From: an uncultured Gemmatimonadales bacterium
GTDB lineage: Bacteria > Gemmatimonadota > Gemmatimonadetes > Gemmatimonadales > GWC2-71-9
Direction of reading: 5' to 3'
DNA length: 64,000 nucleotides
Assembly (NCBI GenBank): GCA_963695555.1
Contig: CAVOGR010000002.1
Span: 96,001-160,000, forward strand
Part shown: positions 19,145 through 28,896 of the stretch, piece by piece
Layout: each line of letters begins with the position of its first letter
Numbering within the stretch: position 1 is the first letter of the stretch
Notes under the pieces: generated by a model
The model's input: only the letters and a program-made list of their open reading frames with translations
Told to the model about the DNA's origin: nothing
The model's database searches: none
Position numbers and translations under genes: made by a program

Positions 19145-19199
19145 AACCAGGACTCTCCTGATCCAGAGTCAGGCGTGTTGCCAGTTACACCAAGGGGCA
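19127..19199 (-). tRNA. tRNA-Gln(CTG)
   Basis: TGCCCCTTGGTGTAACTGGCAACACGCCTGACTCTGGATCAGGAGAGTCCTGGTTCGAGCCCAGGAGGGGCAA; cloverleaf; CCA not encoded. Confidence 0.95.
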
Positions 19200-19274
19200 G
19201 TACAACCGATTCATTTCCTACCTCCCCACATGCCTACCACCCTACTCCCCGGTGGGGAGTGGAGGGAGGAGGAA

Positions 19275-19347
19275 TGGAGCTGAGGGGAATCGAACCCCTG
19301 ACCTCTGCAGTGCGATTGCAGCGCTCTCCCAACTGAGCTACAGCCCC
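19275..19347 (-). tRNA. tRNA-Ala(CGC)
   Basis: GGGGCTGTAGCTCAGTTGGGAGAGCGCTGCAATCGCACTGCAGAGGTCAGGGGTTCGATTCCCCTCAGCTCCA; G3:U70 pair. Confidence 0.95.
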
Positions 19348-19362
19348 GTTTTCGGGACGGTA

Positions 19363-19391
19363 AAGCTAGTGATTCTGCGGGGTTGAGTCAA
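19363..19391 (-). promoter_or_regulatory. Sigma-70 promoter of the tRNA pair
   Basis: TTGACT-N17-TAGCTT just upstream of tRNA-Ala. Confidence 0.7.
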
Positions 19392-19532
19392 ACGGGGAGA
19401 GGGGGGTAGGAAGTAGTGAGTGGGGTGGTAGGAGCCTACCCTACAGCATGCCTTCCGTCTTCCCGCCTCTCCAGTAGCTTTCCGATCTCCAACACGACCT
19501 TTCTTTTCGGATATCGGCCCCAGGAGTCCCCC

Positions 19533-20429
19533 ATGTCTCTCTCGAAGCCCACGTTCATGCTCATCCCACTAGCCCTGGCGGCGGCTCAGCTCCAGGCGCA
19601 AGAACAGCCCCCGGTCACGGTGGTGCCGGTGGCGCCCGGCGTTTCCATGCTCATGGGCCCGGGCGGCAACATCGGGGTCTCGAGCGGGAAGGACGGCATC
19701 TTCCTGATCGATGACCAGGTTGCTCCGGTGACCGAGCAGATCCGCGCGGCGCTCCGGACCATCGGGGACGGCCCTGTCCGTTTCGTCCTCAACACCCATT
19801 GGCACCCCGACCACACCGGCGGTAACGAGAACTTGGGCTCGGCCGGTGCCCTCATCGTGGCACACGAGAACGTGCGGACCCGCCTGAGTGTCGACCAGTT
19901 CATCGAGGCCCTGAACATGTCCGCTCCCGCCTTGCCGGAGGGCGCGCTCCCCGTCGTCACCTTCACCGACGCGGTCACCTTCCACGTGAACGGCGGCGAG
20001 ATCCACGCGTTCCACGTTCCACCGGCCCACACCGACGGCGACGCGATCGTCCACTTCCGTACGGCCAACGTGATCCACGCGGGGGACACCTACTTCAACG
20101 GCCTCTATCCTCTAATCGACCTCTCGACCGGGGGCTCCGTCGACGGGACCATCGCGTCCGCGAATCGGATGCTCGCAATGGCCGACGACGACACCAGGAT
20201 CATCCCGGGACACGGGCCGCTGTCCAACAAACAGGAGTTGATGGCATACCGGGACATGCTGGTCACCGTCCGCGACCGGGTCCAACAGGCCGTCGCCCAA
20301 GGCAAGACGCTCGAAGAGACCGTGGCGGCCGGCGTATCGAAGGAATTCGACGAGCAGTGGGGCAAGGCGTTCATCCCGCCGGATCTGTTTGTGAAGGTGA
20401 TGTATGAGGGAGTAGTGGGTAGTAAGTAG
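19533..20429 (+). CDS. Secreted MBL-fold metallo-hydrolase (cyclase-like)
   Basis: Signal peptide; NTHWHPDHTGGN, AHTDGD, IPGHG. Confidence 0.88.
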   Translation: MSLSKPTFMLIPLALAAAQLQAQEQPPVTVVPVAPGVSMLMGPGGNIGVSSGKDGIFLIDDQVAPVTEQIRAALRTIGDGPVRFVLNTHWHPDHTGGNENLGSAGALIVAHENVRTRLSVDQFIEALNMSAPALPEGALPVVTFTDAVTFHVNGGEIHAFHVPPAHTDGDAIVHFRTANVIHAGDTYFNGLYPLIDLSTGGSVDGTIASANRMLAMADDDTRIIPGHGPLSNKQELMAYRDMLVTVRDRVQQAVAQGKTLEETVAAGVSKEFDEQWGKAFIPPDLFVKVMYEGVVGSK

Positions 20430-20545
20430 TGGGTAGTAAGTAGTGGGTAGTAAGTAGTGAGTAGTAAGTAGGGTGGTAGGAGGCAGGCGTGGCGCCTGCT
20501 TCCTACATCCTACCCGCCACTCCCCTCACGCGTTACTTTCCCGCC
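20411..20545. repeat. 14-bp tandem repeat (AGTAGTGGGTAGTA) about 4 copies, then a pyrimidine-rich counter-arm
   Basis: Visible; overlaps the MBL stop codon. Confidence 0.85.
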
Positions 20546-20571
20546 CTGCGAACCGACACAGGACCTCCAAC

Positions 20572-21426
20572 ATGCCGCTGTACCGACGTCAAAGCTCAAT
20601 GGGCACCGGCCGCCGCCCCATGGGCAAAGGCCGGCTCATGATCGCGCTGGTCATCGCCGCGATCGCTCTCTTCTCCTACTACGGCTCGCGCCAGGAGAAT
20701 CCGGTCACGGGCGAGGTGCAGTACGTGCAAATGAGCCCGGATCAGGAAATCGCCATGGGGCTCCAGGCCGCACCCCAGATGGCTGCCCAGCACGGCGGGC
20801 TCCACCCCGACGAACGGGCCCGTGCGCTGGTGGAGCAAGTCGGCCAGCGGCTGGTGTCCCAGACCGCGGCCAGCAAGTCGCCCTACCAGTTCCAGTTCCA
20901 CCTGCTCGCGGATCCCCAGACAGTAAACGCGTTCGCCCTTCCCGGTGGGCAGGTCTTTATCACCGCCGCCCTCTTGAGCCAACTCGAAACGGAAGGTCAG
21001 CTGGCCGGGGTGTTGGGCCACGAGATCGGCCACGTGATCGCCCGGCATAGTGCGGAACACCTGGCCAAGGCCACCCTCACCCAGGGACTCACCGGCGCCG
21101 CCGTCATCGCCACCTACGACCCGGAGAACCCGGCAAGCCGGCAGAGTGCCGCGGTCATCGCGGCCATCGGGCAGCTGGTCAACATGAAATTTGGCCGCGA
21201 CGACGAGCTGGAGTCGGACCGCCTGGGGGTGATCCTCACCACCGAATCGGGCTATGACCCGCGGGGCCTGATCGGCCTCATGGAAATTTTGGCACGGGCC
21301 GGCGGCGGCCAACGGCCGCCCGAGTTCTTCAGCACCCACCCCAACCCCGAGCGCCGGATCGAACGGATCGAACAAGCCATTCGCGACGCCTACCCCAACG
21401 GATTGCCCTCGGGGCTCGAGCCGTAA
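20572..21426 (+). CDS. M48 family zinc metalloprotease
   Basis: VNAFALPGG, GHEIGHVIARH, ELESD, FFSTHP. Confidence 0.92.
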   Translation: MPLYRRQSSMGTGRRPMGKGRLMIALVIAAIALFSYYGSRQENPVTGEVQYVQMSPDQEIAMGLQAAPQMAAQHGGLHPDERARALVEQVGQRLVSQTAASKSPYQFQFHLLADPQTVNAFALPGGQVFITAALLSQLETEGQLAGVLGHEIGHVIARHSAEHLAKATLTQGLTGAAVIATYDPENPASRQSAAVIAAIGQLVNMKFGRDDELESDRLGVILTTESGYDPRGLIGLMEILARAGGGQRPPEFFSTHPNPERRIERIEQAIRDAYPNGLPSGLEP

Positions 21427-21563
21427 CAGCGAGGCCCGGCGACGAGCCGGGCCCCGGAGCGCACAATACTCTAGAACAAGTAGCGAAGGACTAAGGGGTG
21501 TTAACTCACGCTGCCTAGTCCCTACTCCCTACTCCCTGCTCCTTACTCCTCACCGCTGTTCGG

Positions 21564-22934
21564 TTACGGCCAGATCCCTCGCGCCGCCGTGACCCGGGCC
21601 ACCCGCTGGACCGCCAGGATGTAGGCCGCTGTTCTGAGATTTACCGGCTCGAGTTTAGCTCCGTCCCCCAGATTCCTCGTCTTCCGCTCGGCTCCGATTT
21701 GACCGAGGGACTCGTTGATCTTCCGCTGGGTCTCGATCACGGCGTCGGTGGCCGTGTTCATCTTCCGGCGCAGCTTGGTGTTCACCGTGTCCAGGTCCCA
21801 CTGCTCGTTTTCGATATTCTGCACCCACTCGAAGTAGCTGACGGTAACACCGCCGGCATTGGCCAGAATGTCGGGCAGGACTGGGATGCCGCGCTCCATA
21901 AAGATGCGGTCGGCGGCAGGGGTGGTCGGACCATTGGCCGCCTCGACCACCAGATGCGTGCTGACGTCGCCGGCATTGTCCGACCGAAGCTCGTTCTCGA
22001 GTGCAGCTGGGATCAGGATGTCACATGGCAGTGCCAGGAGTTCCTCGTTGTTCACAGTGCGGGTACCGGCCAGCCCAACCACGGAGCCGGTCTTCCGCTT
22101 GTGCTCCTTGGCGGCCTTGTAATCCAAGCCGGCTTCGCGGTAGATCCCACCCTTCGAGTCGCTGACCGCCACCACCTTGGCCCCCGCGTCGGTGAATTCC
22201 TGTGCCGCGATGGCACCGGCGTTGCCGAAGCCCTGGATCACGACGGTGGCGTCCTTCACGCTCTTCCGTCCCGGAACGACGCCCAGCTCCAGCGCCCGTT
22301 GGGTGCAGAACAACGCACCCCTCGCGGTGGCCTCATTTCGGCCACGCGACCCTCCGATGTCCAACGGCTTGCCGGTGACGACGGGAAGGTTGTTCTCTCC
22401 GGGATGCATCATTTGATACGTATCGTAGATCCACGCCATGGTCTCGGCGTTGGTGTTCACATCGGGCGCCGGGATATCGGTGTGGGGGCCGATGGTATCG
22501 CCCAGCTCCGCAATGAATCGCCGGGTGATCTTGCGCAGGTCGGACGTGGTGAGATTCTTGGGATTGCAAACCACACCGCCCTTGGCGCCGCCGAACGGCA
22601 CGTCGACCACCGCGCACTTCCAGGTCATCCACGACGCCAACGCGAGCACCTCGTCGGCCGTGACGCCGGGGTGATAGCGGATCCCACCCTTGCCCGGGCC
22701 GCGAACCCGATTGTGGATGGCCCGATAGCCCACGAAGTTGAGCACCTCACCGCTCTGGGTCTCGATCGGAAACTCCACCGCGATCAGGCGGTCGGGCCGC
22801 TTCAAGAATTCCACCATGCCGGCATCGAGCTCGGGGAGATAACGAACGGCCCCGTCGAACTGCGCCATGGCGATGTGAAAGGGATTGAGATCTTCCGCCT
22901 GCTCCGGCGGGGCTTCGAGAGTTTCAGGGGTCAT
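21564..22934 (-). CDS. Glu/Leu/Phe/Val dehydrogenase (NAD-type glutamate dehydrogenase subgroup)
   Basis: GPGKGGIRYHP, PFGGAKGG, DIPAPDVNT, VTGKP, QGFGNAG, EAANGP. Confidence 0.92.
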   Translation of the reverse strand: MTPETLEAPPEQAEDLNPFHIAMAQFDGAVRYLPELDAGMVEFLKRPDRLIAVEFPIETQSGEVLNFVGYRAIHNRVRGPGKGGIRYHPGVTADEVLALASWMTWKCAVVDVPFGGAKGGVVCNPKNLTTSDLRKITRRFIAELGDTIGPHTDIPAPDVNTNAETMAWIYDTYQMMHPGENNLPVVTGKPLDIGGSRGRNEATARGALFCTQRALELGVVPGRKSVKDATVVIQGFGNAGAIAAQEFTDAGAKVVAVSDSKGGIYREAGLDYKAAKEHKRKTGSVVGLAGTRTVNNEELLALPCDILIPAALENELRSDNAGDVSTHLVVEAANGPTTPAADRIFMERGIPVLPDILANAGGVTVSYFEWVQNIENEQWDLDTVNTKLRRKMNTATDAVIETQRKINESLGQIGAERKTRNLGDGAKLEPVNLRTAAYILAVQRVARVTAARGIWP

Positions 22935-23109
22935 CGGTACTCCCATGTCCAAGGGCGGCCTAGCTATTGAAGGCCAAGCCGACCGGTTTGTAGCGTTGTG
23001 TCTTCGGACTAGCGACTATACCGCCGAAAGGCGAAAGAAATTCTGAAGGCGACAGGAATTCTCCTAATTACTGGCGCCCCCCCCCGGGCCTCATCCGGCG
23101 ACCGCGCGC

Positions 23110-23619
23110 CTATCGATCCGGCGCAAATGCCAACGAGACGATCTTCCATTGGCCGTCCACCGCCAGGAGGGAGAACGCATCGGTTCCCTCCCACTCGACG
23201 ATATCCCCCGGATCGCCAAACCGGGCCCGGTACCGCACCCATGCCTGGGCCAGGCCCCCAGTCACACGGATGTCGGCACTCACCAGCTCCTCCGAGAAGA
23301 CCGCCCGGCTATCGGGTCCCTCGGGGGCTCGCTCGATGAACTCCGGAATGGTCTGCGCATCGACTCGCACAAAAGGCTCGCCCGGCGGCTGCCAGGCGGT
23401 CGTAATGGTGGCGCCAGGCCAGAAGTGGGACGCGAAGGCCGGCCAGTCACGGGCGCTCAGGTCGGCGTAGTAGCTGCGCAGCTCGGCCAGCACCGCGGCG
23501 CGGGCCTGCGAGCCGGCGGGTGGCGGCGGCACACGGCGCTCGAGGGTGCAGGCCGTGGCACCGAGCATTACGGCCACGAGCAGGCTTGGGGCAATGCGCC
23601 GGAGTCGGGGGTCAGTCAT
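23110..23619 (-). CDS. NTF2-like (DUF4440) lipoprotein
   Basis: Lipobox-like LGATAC; C-terminal GTDAFSLLAVDGQWKIVSL. Confidence 0.7.
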   Translation of the reverse strand: MTDPRLRRIAPSLLVAVMLGATACTLERRVPPPPAGSQARAAVLAELRSYYADLSARDWPAFASHFWPGATITTAWQPPGEPFVRVDAQTIPEFIERAPEGPDSRAVFSEELVSADIRVTGGLAQAWVRYRARFGDPGDIVEWEGTDAFSLLAVDGQWKIVSLAFAPDR

Positions 23620-24268
23620 CGGCCGCCAGCCGGTACTCGGGTGCGGGCCGGCCGGACCGGTAGCCCAACTGCCGGTCGTGGAGCCGGGTCAAGGTGACGA
23701 GCGCCATGATCGCCCCGATGAGCGCGAGCATCATGTCCCATTGCGTATCCCAGATATCCCCCTGCGTGCCGAGGAACGCCTCGGCGGCTTCCCCGGTGGC
23801 CAACGCGGTCCACCATTCGATCAGCTCATATAGGGCGCTGAACGCGAGGCAAATGGAAACTACTACGAATGGGAGCCAGCGGCTTCGGCGCAAGGGAGAG
23901 CGCAGGATGAGGATTTCCCGCACCACGATGGCCGGAATGAAGCCCTGGGCCAAGTGGCCGATCCGGTCGTAATGATTCCTGGAGAACCCAAACCAGTCCT
24001 GCGCCCAGAATCCCAGTGGCACCTCGGCATAGGTGAAGTGCCCACCCACCATCAGGATGATGGCGTGGACCGTAATCAGACCATACGCCAGCGCGGTGAA
24101 TCGGAATCGCCCGTAGATCGCAACGAGAAGGGGCACACCGATGAGGACCGGCGCTACTTCCAACACCCATGTGAACCGGTCGTGTGGGCGGATGCCCGAC
24201 CAGACCAGTACCATGACCAACAGGCTCAGCAGGGCCAGTTCGGTGGTCGACGGACGGGAGCGGGTCAC
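23612..24268 (-). CDS. DUF2238 (YjdF-like) inner membrane protein
   Basis: GGHFTYAEVP, RNHYDRIGH, YELIEW, FLGTQGDIWDTQWDM. Confidence 0.9.
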   Translation of the reverse strand: MTRSRPSTTELALLSLLVMVLVWSGIRPHDRFTWVLEVAPVLIGVPLLVAIYGRFRFTALAYGLITVHAIILMVGGHFTYAEVPLGFWAQDWFGFSRNHYDRIGHLAQGFIPAIVVREILILRSPLRRSRWLPFVVVSICLAFSALYELIEWWTALATGEAAEAFLGTQGDIWDTQWDMMLALIGAIMALVTLTRLHDRQLGYRSGRPAPEYRLAADD

Positions 24269-24298
24269 CGTGGGATCTCGCGGATGGGTTGATCCGCT

Positions 24299-25222
24299 CT
24301 ATGCCTGGCCGGGAAAACCGATCTCGATCACGAGCCCATCCCGGGCGACTTCCGTTTCCGGGAAGACCGCTCGTGCTTCTGCCAAGAGCTCCGGCGCCTC
24401 ACGGCTGTATCGCGCCGAGATGTGGGTCAGCACCAATCGGCTGACCTCGGCGGCGCGGGCGATTTCTGCCGCCTCCAGCGCGGTCGAGTGCCCCGTGCCA
24501 ATGGCGCGGTCGATCTCGTCGTGCCCGAACGTCGCTTCGTGAATCAGGAGATCGGCGTGGCGCGCGGCATCGATGACGGCTGCGTGCGGCCGCGTGTCGC
24601 CGGTGTACACCACGGTGCGGCCCGGCCTGGGCTCGCCGACCAGCCCCTCGGGCCCGACCGTCCGCCCATCCGGCAACTCGACCGTTTCCCCACGGTGGAG
24701 CCGCCCCCAGGCGGGGCCCTCCGGGATACCCAGCTCTTTTGCCCGCTCCGGCTCGAACCGGCCGAGCCGGTCGTGCTCCACCAGGGCATAGCCGACCGTG
24801 TCGGCCCGGTGGTCGGTGGGAAAGACCGCGATGTCGTAATCGCCGCGCGCCAGGCGGTCGCCGGGAGCCACCTCGACGATCTCCACCGGAAACTTGGTTC
24901 GCTCGATGCCCACGTCGAGCGTCGCACCCAAAATTTTCGCGGCGCCCTTCGGCCCATACAGTTTCATGGGTTCGGTCCGCGCCTGAAGGCCCAGCGTCCG
25001 GATGAGTCCAGTCACCCCGAGGAGGTGATCCGAGTGGTAGTGGGTGAAGAAGATTTCGTGAAAGGAAAACCCGACGCCGTAGCGCATCATTTGGCGCTGC
25101 GTGCCCTCGCCGCAGTCGAACAGGAGCATCTCACCCTCCCGTGAGATGGCGAGGCTGCTCACGTTGCGTTCGAGCGTTGGGACGGCGGCCCCGGTGCCCA
25201 AGAAGGTAAGGGTGAGCGACAT
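24299..25222 (-). CDS. rnz: Ribonuclease Z
   Basis: FLGTG, FDCGEGTQ, THYHSDH, YTGDT, HEATF, GHST, LTHISARY. Confidence 0.93.
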   Translation of the reverse strand: MSLTLTFLGTGAAVPTLERNVSSLAISREGEMLLFDCGEGTQRQMMRYGVGFSFHEIFFTHYHSDHLLGVTGLIRTLGLQARTEPMKLYGPKGAAKILGATLDVGIERTKFPVEIVEVAPGDRLARGDYDIAVFPTDHRADTVGYALVEHDRLGRFEPERAKELGIPEGPAWGRLHRGETVELPDGRTVGPEGLVGEPRPGRTVVYTGDTRPHAAVIDAARHADLLIHEATFGHDEIDRAIGTGHSTALEAAEIARAAEVSRLVLTHISARYSREAPELLAEARAVFPETEVARDGLVIEIGFPGQA

Positions 25223-25260
25223 AAGCGGCGGTGGGACGTCGGTAGCGCGCGGCGGGTTGG

Positions 25261-26145
25261 CTAGAACAACCGAAGCTGCACCGTGAGTTTCCCCGGCTCC
25301 TTGTTCAACCCGTCGAGGAGCGCCTTGAGCGACTGGGACACGTCGACCATTCCCTTATAGAGCGTGGTATCGGTGGCGAACTTCCCAAGCGTTCCCTCCC
25401 CCTTGTTGATGGCGTTGAGCAGGCTGTCCAGCCGGGCGCCGGTAGTGGTCAACTGCGCCGTCATCTGGGCCACGTTGGCGGTCACCGTATCGAGGTTGGT
25501 CAGGGCCTGTTTGAAGCCCGGGTTGGACAAGGTCGAATCCAGCCGATCGCCCAGGCGCCGGAGCGACGACATGGCCCCGGTCAACTCAGCCGTCGGGCCG
25601 CGGTTGGCGTTGCCGAACGTGTTCATCACCCGTTCCATGGCCACCATCGTCCGATGAAGGTCGTCCGACAGTCCAGAGCTGAGGAGGTCGTGCAGGTCCT
25701 TGAGCACGGCGGAGGCCTGGCTGCCGAGGTCGGCGCCCAACGCGCCGATTCCGCCGTCGACCGTTCCCTTGATCTCGGCGCCCTGCTCCAACGCAACACC
25801 CGAGGTGCCCGGATCGAGCTCCAGGGCCACGTCGCCGACCAGCCCTATGGAGACGACGCGTGCGGTGGCGTCGCTCATCGGCTGGACTCGGTCGGAGTAG
25901 CTGAGCCGCACCAGTACGTCCTCCACCGCGCGGAACTCGATGTTTTCCACCTTCCCGATTTCTACGCCCGACACCCGCACCGGCGAGCCTCGCTTGAGGT
26001 TACCGATGTTGGTGAAATTGGCGTGGATGACGCGGCCCGCAGTTAGGCTCCGCCCACTCAGCCAGATCGTCCCAACCAGGAATATCCCGATCGCCGCGAG
26101 GACGAGCGCACCGACAACGGTTTGTTGCTTGTAATGAAGATCCAT
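25261..26145 (-). CDS. mlaD: MlaD/MCE family substrate-binding protein
   Basis: N-terminal TM; LKRGSPVRVSGVEIGKV; helical tail GEGTLGK. Confidence 0.88.
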   Translation of the reverse strand: MDLHYKQQTVVGALVLAAIGIFLVGTIWLSGRSLTAGRVIHANFTNIGNLKRGSPVRVSGVEIGKVENIEFRAVEDVLVRLSYSDRVQPMSDATARVVSIGLVGDVALELDPGTSGVALEQGAEIKGTVDGGIGALGADLGSQASAVLKDLHDLLSSGLSDDLHRTMVAMERVMNTFGNANRGPTAELTGAMSSLRRLGDRLDSTLSNPGFKQALTNLDTVTANVAQMTAQLTTTGARLDSLLNAINKGEGTLGKFATDTTLYKGMVDVSQSLKALLDGLNKEPGKLTVQLRLF

Positions 26146-26154
26146 GAGTCAGAC

Positions 26155-26907
26155 TCAGGCCGCGTAGGAGGTGTCTTCGAAATCTCGCTCGAGGAACGCC
26201 TTGACGCGCGGATCCTCGGATTCCAAGAATTCTCTTTGGGTACCCTGGAGTGCGATCTTGCCCTTGGTCAGGAGGGCGATTCGATCGGCGACGCGAAACG
26301 CGCCCCGCACGTCGTGCGTAACCATCACGCTGGTAACGCCGAGCGCATCCGCAAGGTGGGTGACCAGATTGTCGATGATGTCCGCATTGAGCGGGTCGAG
26401 TCCCGACGTCGGTTCGTCGTACAGCAAGTACTTGGGCTGGCCTGCAATGGCCCGTGCGATGCCTACGCGCTTCCGCATACCACCCGACAACTCGGCGGGA
26501 TATTTCTTCGCCACGTCGGGCTCGAGGTTGACCAGCGCCAGACACTCCGGCACCCGCTGGCGGGAATAGACCATGTCGTTGTACTGAGTGAGGTCCGACA
26601 GGCCGAATCGAATGTTCTCAAACACGCTCATCGAATCGAACAGCGCACCATTCTGGAAGACGTAGCCGATCTTTGACCGCAGGGTCGAGAGTTCCTTCCG
26701 CCTGAGGGACGGCACATTCTTGCCATCGACGACGATGTTGCCCGAATCCGGGTGCAGCAGCCCGTTGATGTGCTTGAGCAGCACGCTCTTGCCGGTGCCC
26801 GATTCGCCGAGGAGGGCAACGGTTTCGCCCTCCTGCACGCTAAAGTCGACACCGTCCAGGACGATCTGTTCGCCGAAGCGTTTGTGGACGTCGAGTAGCT
26901 CGATCAT
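26155..26907 (-). CDS. mlaF: MlaF-type ABC transporter ATP-binding protein
   Basis: GESGTGKS, LSGGMRKRV, YDEPTSGLD; ATG overlaps mlaE stop. Confidence 0.92.
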   Translation of the reverse strand: MIELLDVHKRFGEQIVLDGVDFSVQEGETVALLGESGTGKSVLLKHINGLLHPDSGNIVVDGKNVPSLRRKELSTLRSKIGYVFQNGALFDSMSVFENIRFGLSDLTQYNDMVYSRQRVPECLALVNLEPDVAKKYPAELSGGMRKRVGIARAIAGQPKYLLYDEPTSGLDPLNADIIDNLVTHLADALGVTSVMVTHDVRGAFRVADRIALLTKGKIALQGTQREFLESEDPRVKAFLERDFEDTSYAA

Positions 26908-27692
26908 TAGTGCAACAGAACCTGGGCCAAGAGGGTGTCGAGCAGGAGAATCATGACCGAACTCATCACCACGGCCGCTGTGGTGGCCTTCCCGACTCCT
27001 TCGGCACCTTGCTGGGTCGTGAACCCCATGTAACAAGGAATGATGGTAATCGACCCGGCAAAGAAGAACGCCTTGATCAGCGAATAGTACGCGTCGAACG
27101 TGTGCCAGAAGGCCCGGGCGCCGTAGGCAAAGTCCGCATCGGTCAGCGGCAACACCTGGCGGGCAAACCACCACCCGGATACGACGCCGATCAGATCAGC
27201 GATCACCACCAGCACCGGCACCATGATCAAACCGGCCAGCACCCGTGGAATGACCAGATACGACGCCGGCGACCGCCCCAGGCTCTCCAACGCGTCGATC
27301 TGTTCCGTCACCCGCATGGTCCCCAGCTCGGCGGCATACCGGGCGCCGATCCGGCCGGCCAGAATGAGCCCGGTCAGCACCGGCCCGAGCTCCAGCACCA
27401 CCGATTCCACGACCAGGCTGCCGACGACGTAATACGGAATGTTGCCGGTGAACTGGTAGCCGGCCTGAAGCGCCGTCACCGCCCCGGCAAAACCCGACAC
27501 CAAGATGACGATGAACAGGCTTCCCGCGCCAACATTGTACGCTTCGCGCACTGTCAGGGGTAGCCAGGTGCGGACCTGGCCCAGGGCTCGCACCGACTCC
27601 GCCACGAGCAGGCTCACCCGTCCCACGTGATCGAAGGTGCCGAGGAGGCCGCGGCCGATCGCGTGGGGGAATCGCAGGAGCAGTGAGGTCAT
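26907..27692 (-). CDS. mlaE: MlaE-type ABC transporter permease
   Basis: ELGPVLTG, AELGTMRVTEQIDALE, GAEGVGKATT. Confidence 0.92.
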   Translation of the reverse strand: MTSLLLRFPHAIGRGLLGTFDHVGRVSLLVAESVRALGQVRTWLPLTVREAYNVGAGSLFIVILVSGFAGAVTALQAGYQFTGNIPYYVVGSLVVESVVLELGPVLTGLILAGRIGARYAAELGTMRVTEQIDALESLGRSPASYLVIPRVLAGLIMVPVLVVIADLIGVVSGWWFARQVLPLTDADFAYGARAFWHTFDAYYSLIKAFFFAGSITIIPCYMGFTTQQGAEGVGKATTAAVVMSSVMILLLDTLLAQVLLH

Positions 27693-27787
27693 TCGATCTC
27701 GCGGTGCGGGTGCCAACGGCCTAACGCCTGAAGGTGGAGGGTCATAGCGCTCGACCGCCCCCCGGGCAGGCTGTATCTTGGAGCAAC

Positions 27788-28516
27788 ATGGCGTCGAAGT
27801 CTACCCCTCCTGCCCTCCCCCACGCCGCCGCATTCCGCCAGAGACTCGTCCGCTGGTTCCGCCGCCACGGACGGGACTTGCCCTGGCGCCGGACTCGCGA
27901 TCCGTACCGTATCGCGGTCTCCGAGTTCATGCTGCAGCAAACCCAGGTCGGGCGCGTTCACGAGTACTACCAGGCCTTCCTGGCCAAGTACCCCACCATC
28001 CACGCCCTCGCTCGGGCGCGCCCGCGAGGCGTCCGGGAGTCGTGGGAGGGACTCGGCTATTACCGGCGCGCCACCAACCTCCATCGGCTGGCCCGGACCG
28101 TGGTCGAGCACCACGACGGAATCATTCCGGTGGACCCCGACCAACTGCGCGCCCTGCCCGGCGTGGGCCGGTATACCGCGGGGGCGGTCGCTTCGTTCGC
28201 CTACGAGCGGGCTACCCCGGTGGTCGATACCAACGTCGCTCGGGTGCTGCGACGCGCGTTCCACCCTCGGGCTAAGAACTCTCCGAACCTGGCTCTCTTC
28301 TGGGAAACGGCTGGTCGGCTCATGCCGAAGCGGGGGAAGTCGGCCTGGGTCTTCAATCAGGCCATCATGGAACTCGGCGCGCTCGTATGCACGGCGCGAG
28401 TGGCAAAGTGCGGGATTTGTCCGGTACGGGGAGTGTGTAAGACCGGCCGCGCTACTTTACGCCGGCCCAAAGGCCGAGCAAGGCCACGGCCAGCGAAACC
28501 ACGCCGATCGCGGTGA
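27788..28516 (+). CDS. mutY: A/G-specific adenine glycosylase, short form without the C-terminal NUDIX-like domain
   Basis: SEFMLQQTQV, LGYYRRA, LPGVGRYTAGA, VDTNVARV, C-x6-C-x2-C-x5-C. Confidence 0.88.
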   Translation: MASKSTPPALPHAAAFRQRLVRWFRRHGRDLPWRRTRDPYRIAVSEFMLQQTQVGRVHEYYQAFLAKYPTIHALARARPRGVRESWEGLGYYRRATNLHRLARTVVEHHDGIIPVDPDQLRALPGVGRYTAGAVASFAYERATPVVDTNVARVLRRAFHPRAKNSPNLALFWETAGRLMPKRGKSAWVFNQAIMELGALVCTARVAKCGICPVRGVCKTGRATLRRPKGRARPRPAKPRRSR

Positions 28517-28883
28517 GGCGGCCGCGCAGCATGAGAAAGTAGGGCACGCTCTCGCCGACGGGGTTGATGCGCGACAGCTTGACCCCTATCGGCAGCGCGA
28601 TGAGCAGCACCACGATCGCTCCGACGAACCCGGCGACCTGCATAACCACGAGCCATAGCTCGACGTAGTACCGCTGGATCGTCAGAATCAGCCCGGTCAA
28701 GAGTGTCACCAAGGCCCCGGGCGCCACCACCTTGCGCAGAATGGCGACGCGGATCCGCGCCACAGCGCCGAAGATGGACGGGTCTTCCCGCTTGGCGGCC
28801 GCCAGAATGATCAGGTTGGCCACCTCCCCACCGATCCAGAGCGAGAGGCCAACCCAATGGGCGAAGAGCATGAAGAGGCGCAT
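28452..28883 (-). CDS. Hypothetical four-TM membrane protein
   Basis: AHWVGLSLWIGG and further hydrophobic helices; 3' end overlaps mutY. Confidence 0.65.
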   Translation of the reverse strand: MRLFMLFAHWVGLSLWIGGEVANLIILAAAKREDPSIFGAVARIRVAILRKVVAPGALVTLLTGLILTIQRYYVELWLVVMQVAGFVGAIVVLLIALPIGVKLSRINPVGESVPYFLMLRGRLTAIGVVSLAVALLGLWAGVK

Positions 28884-28896
28884 GAGAGGGCGTGGG

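Noticed and set aside
20411..20475. Regular repeats as a CRISPR array
   Set aside because: Contiguous 14-bp tandem units without unique spacers; no cas genes
26155..27174. 339-aa start for the ABC ATPase given in the ORF track
   Set aside because: The extension overlaps mlaE; the ATG at 26907 coupled to the mlaE stop gives a normal MlaF
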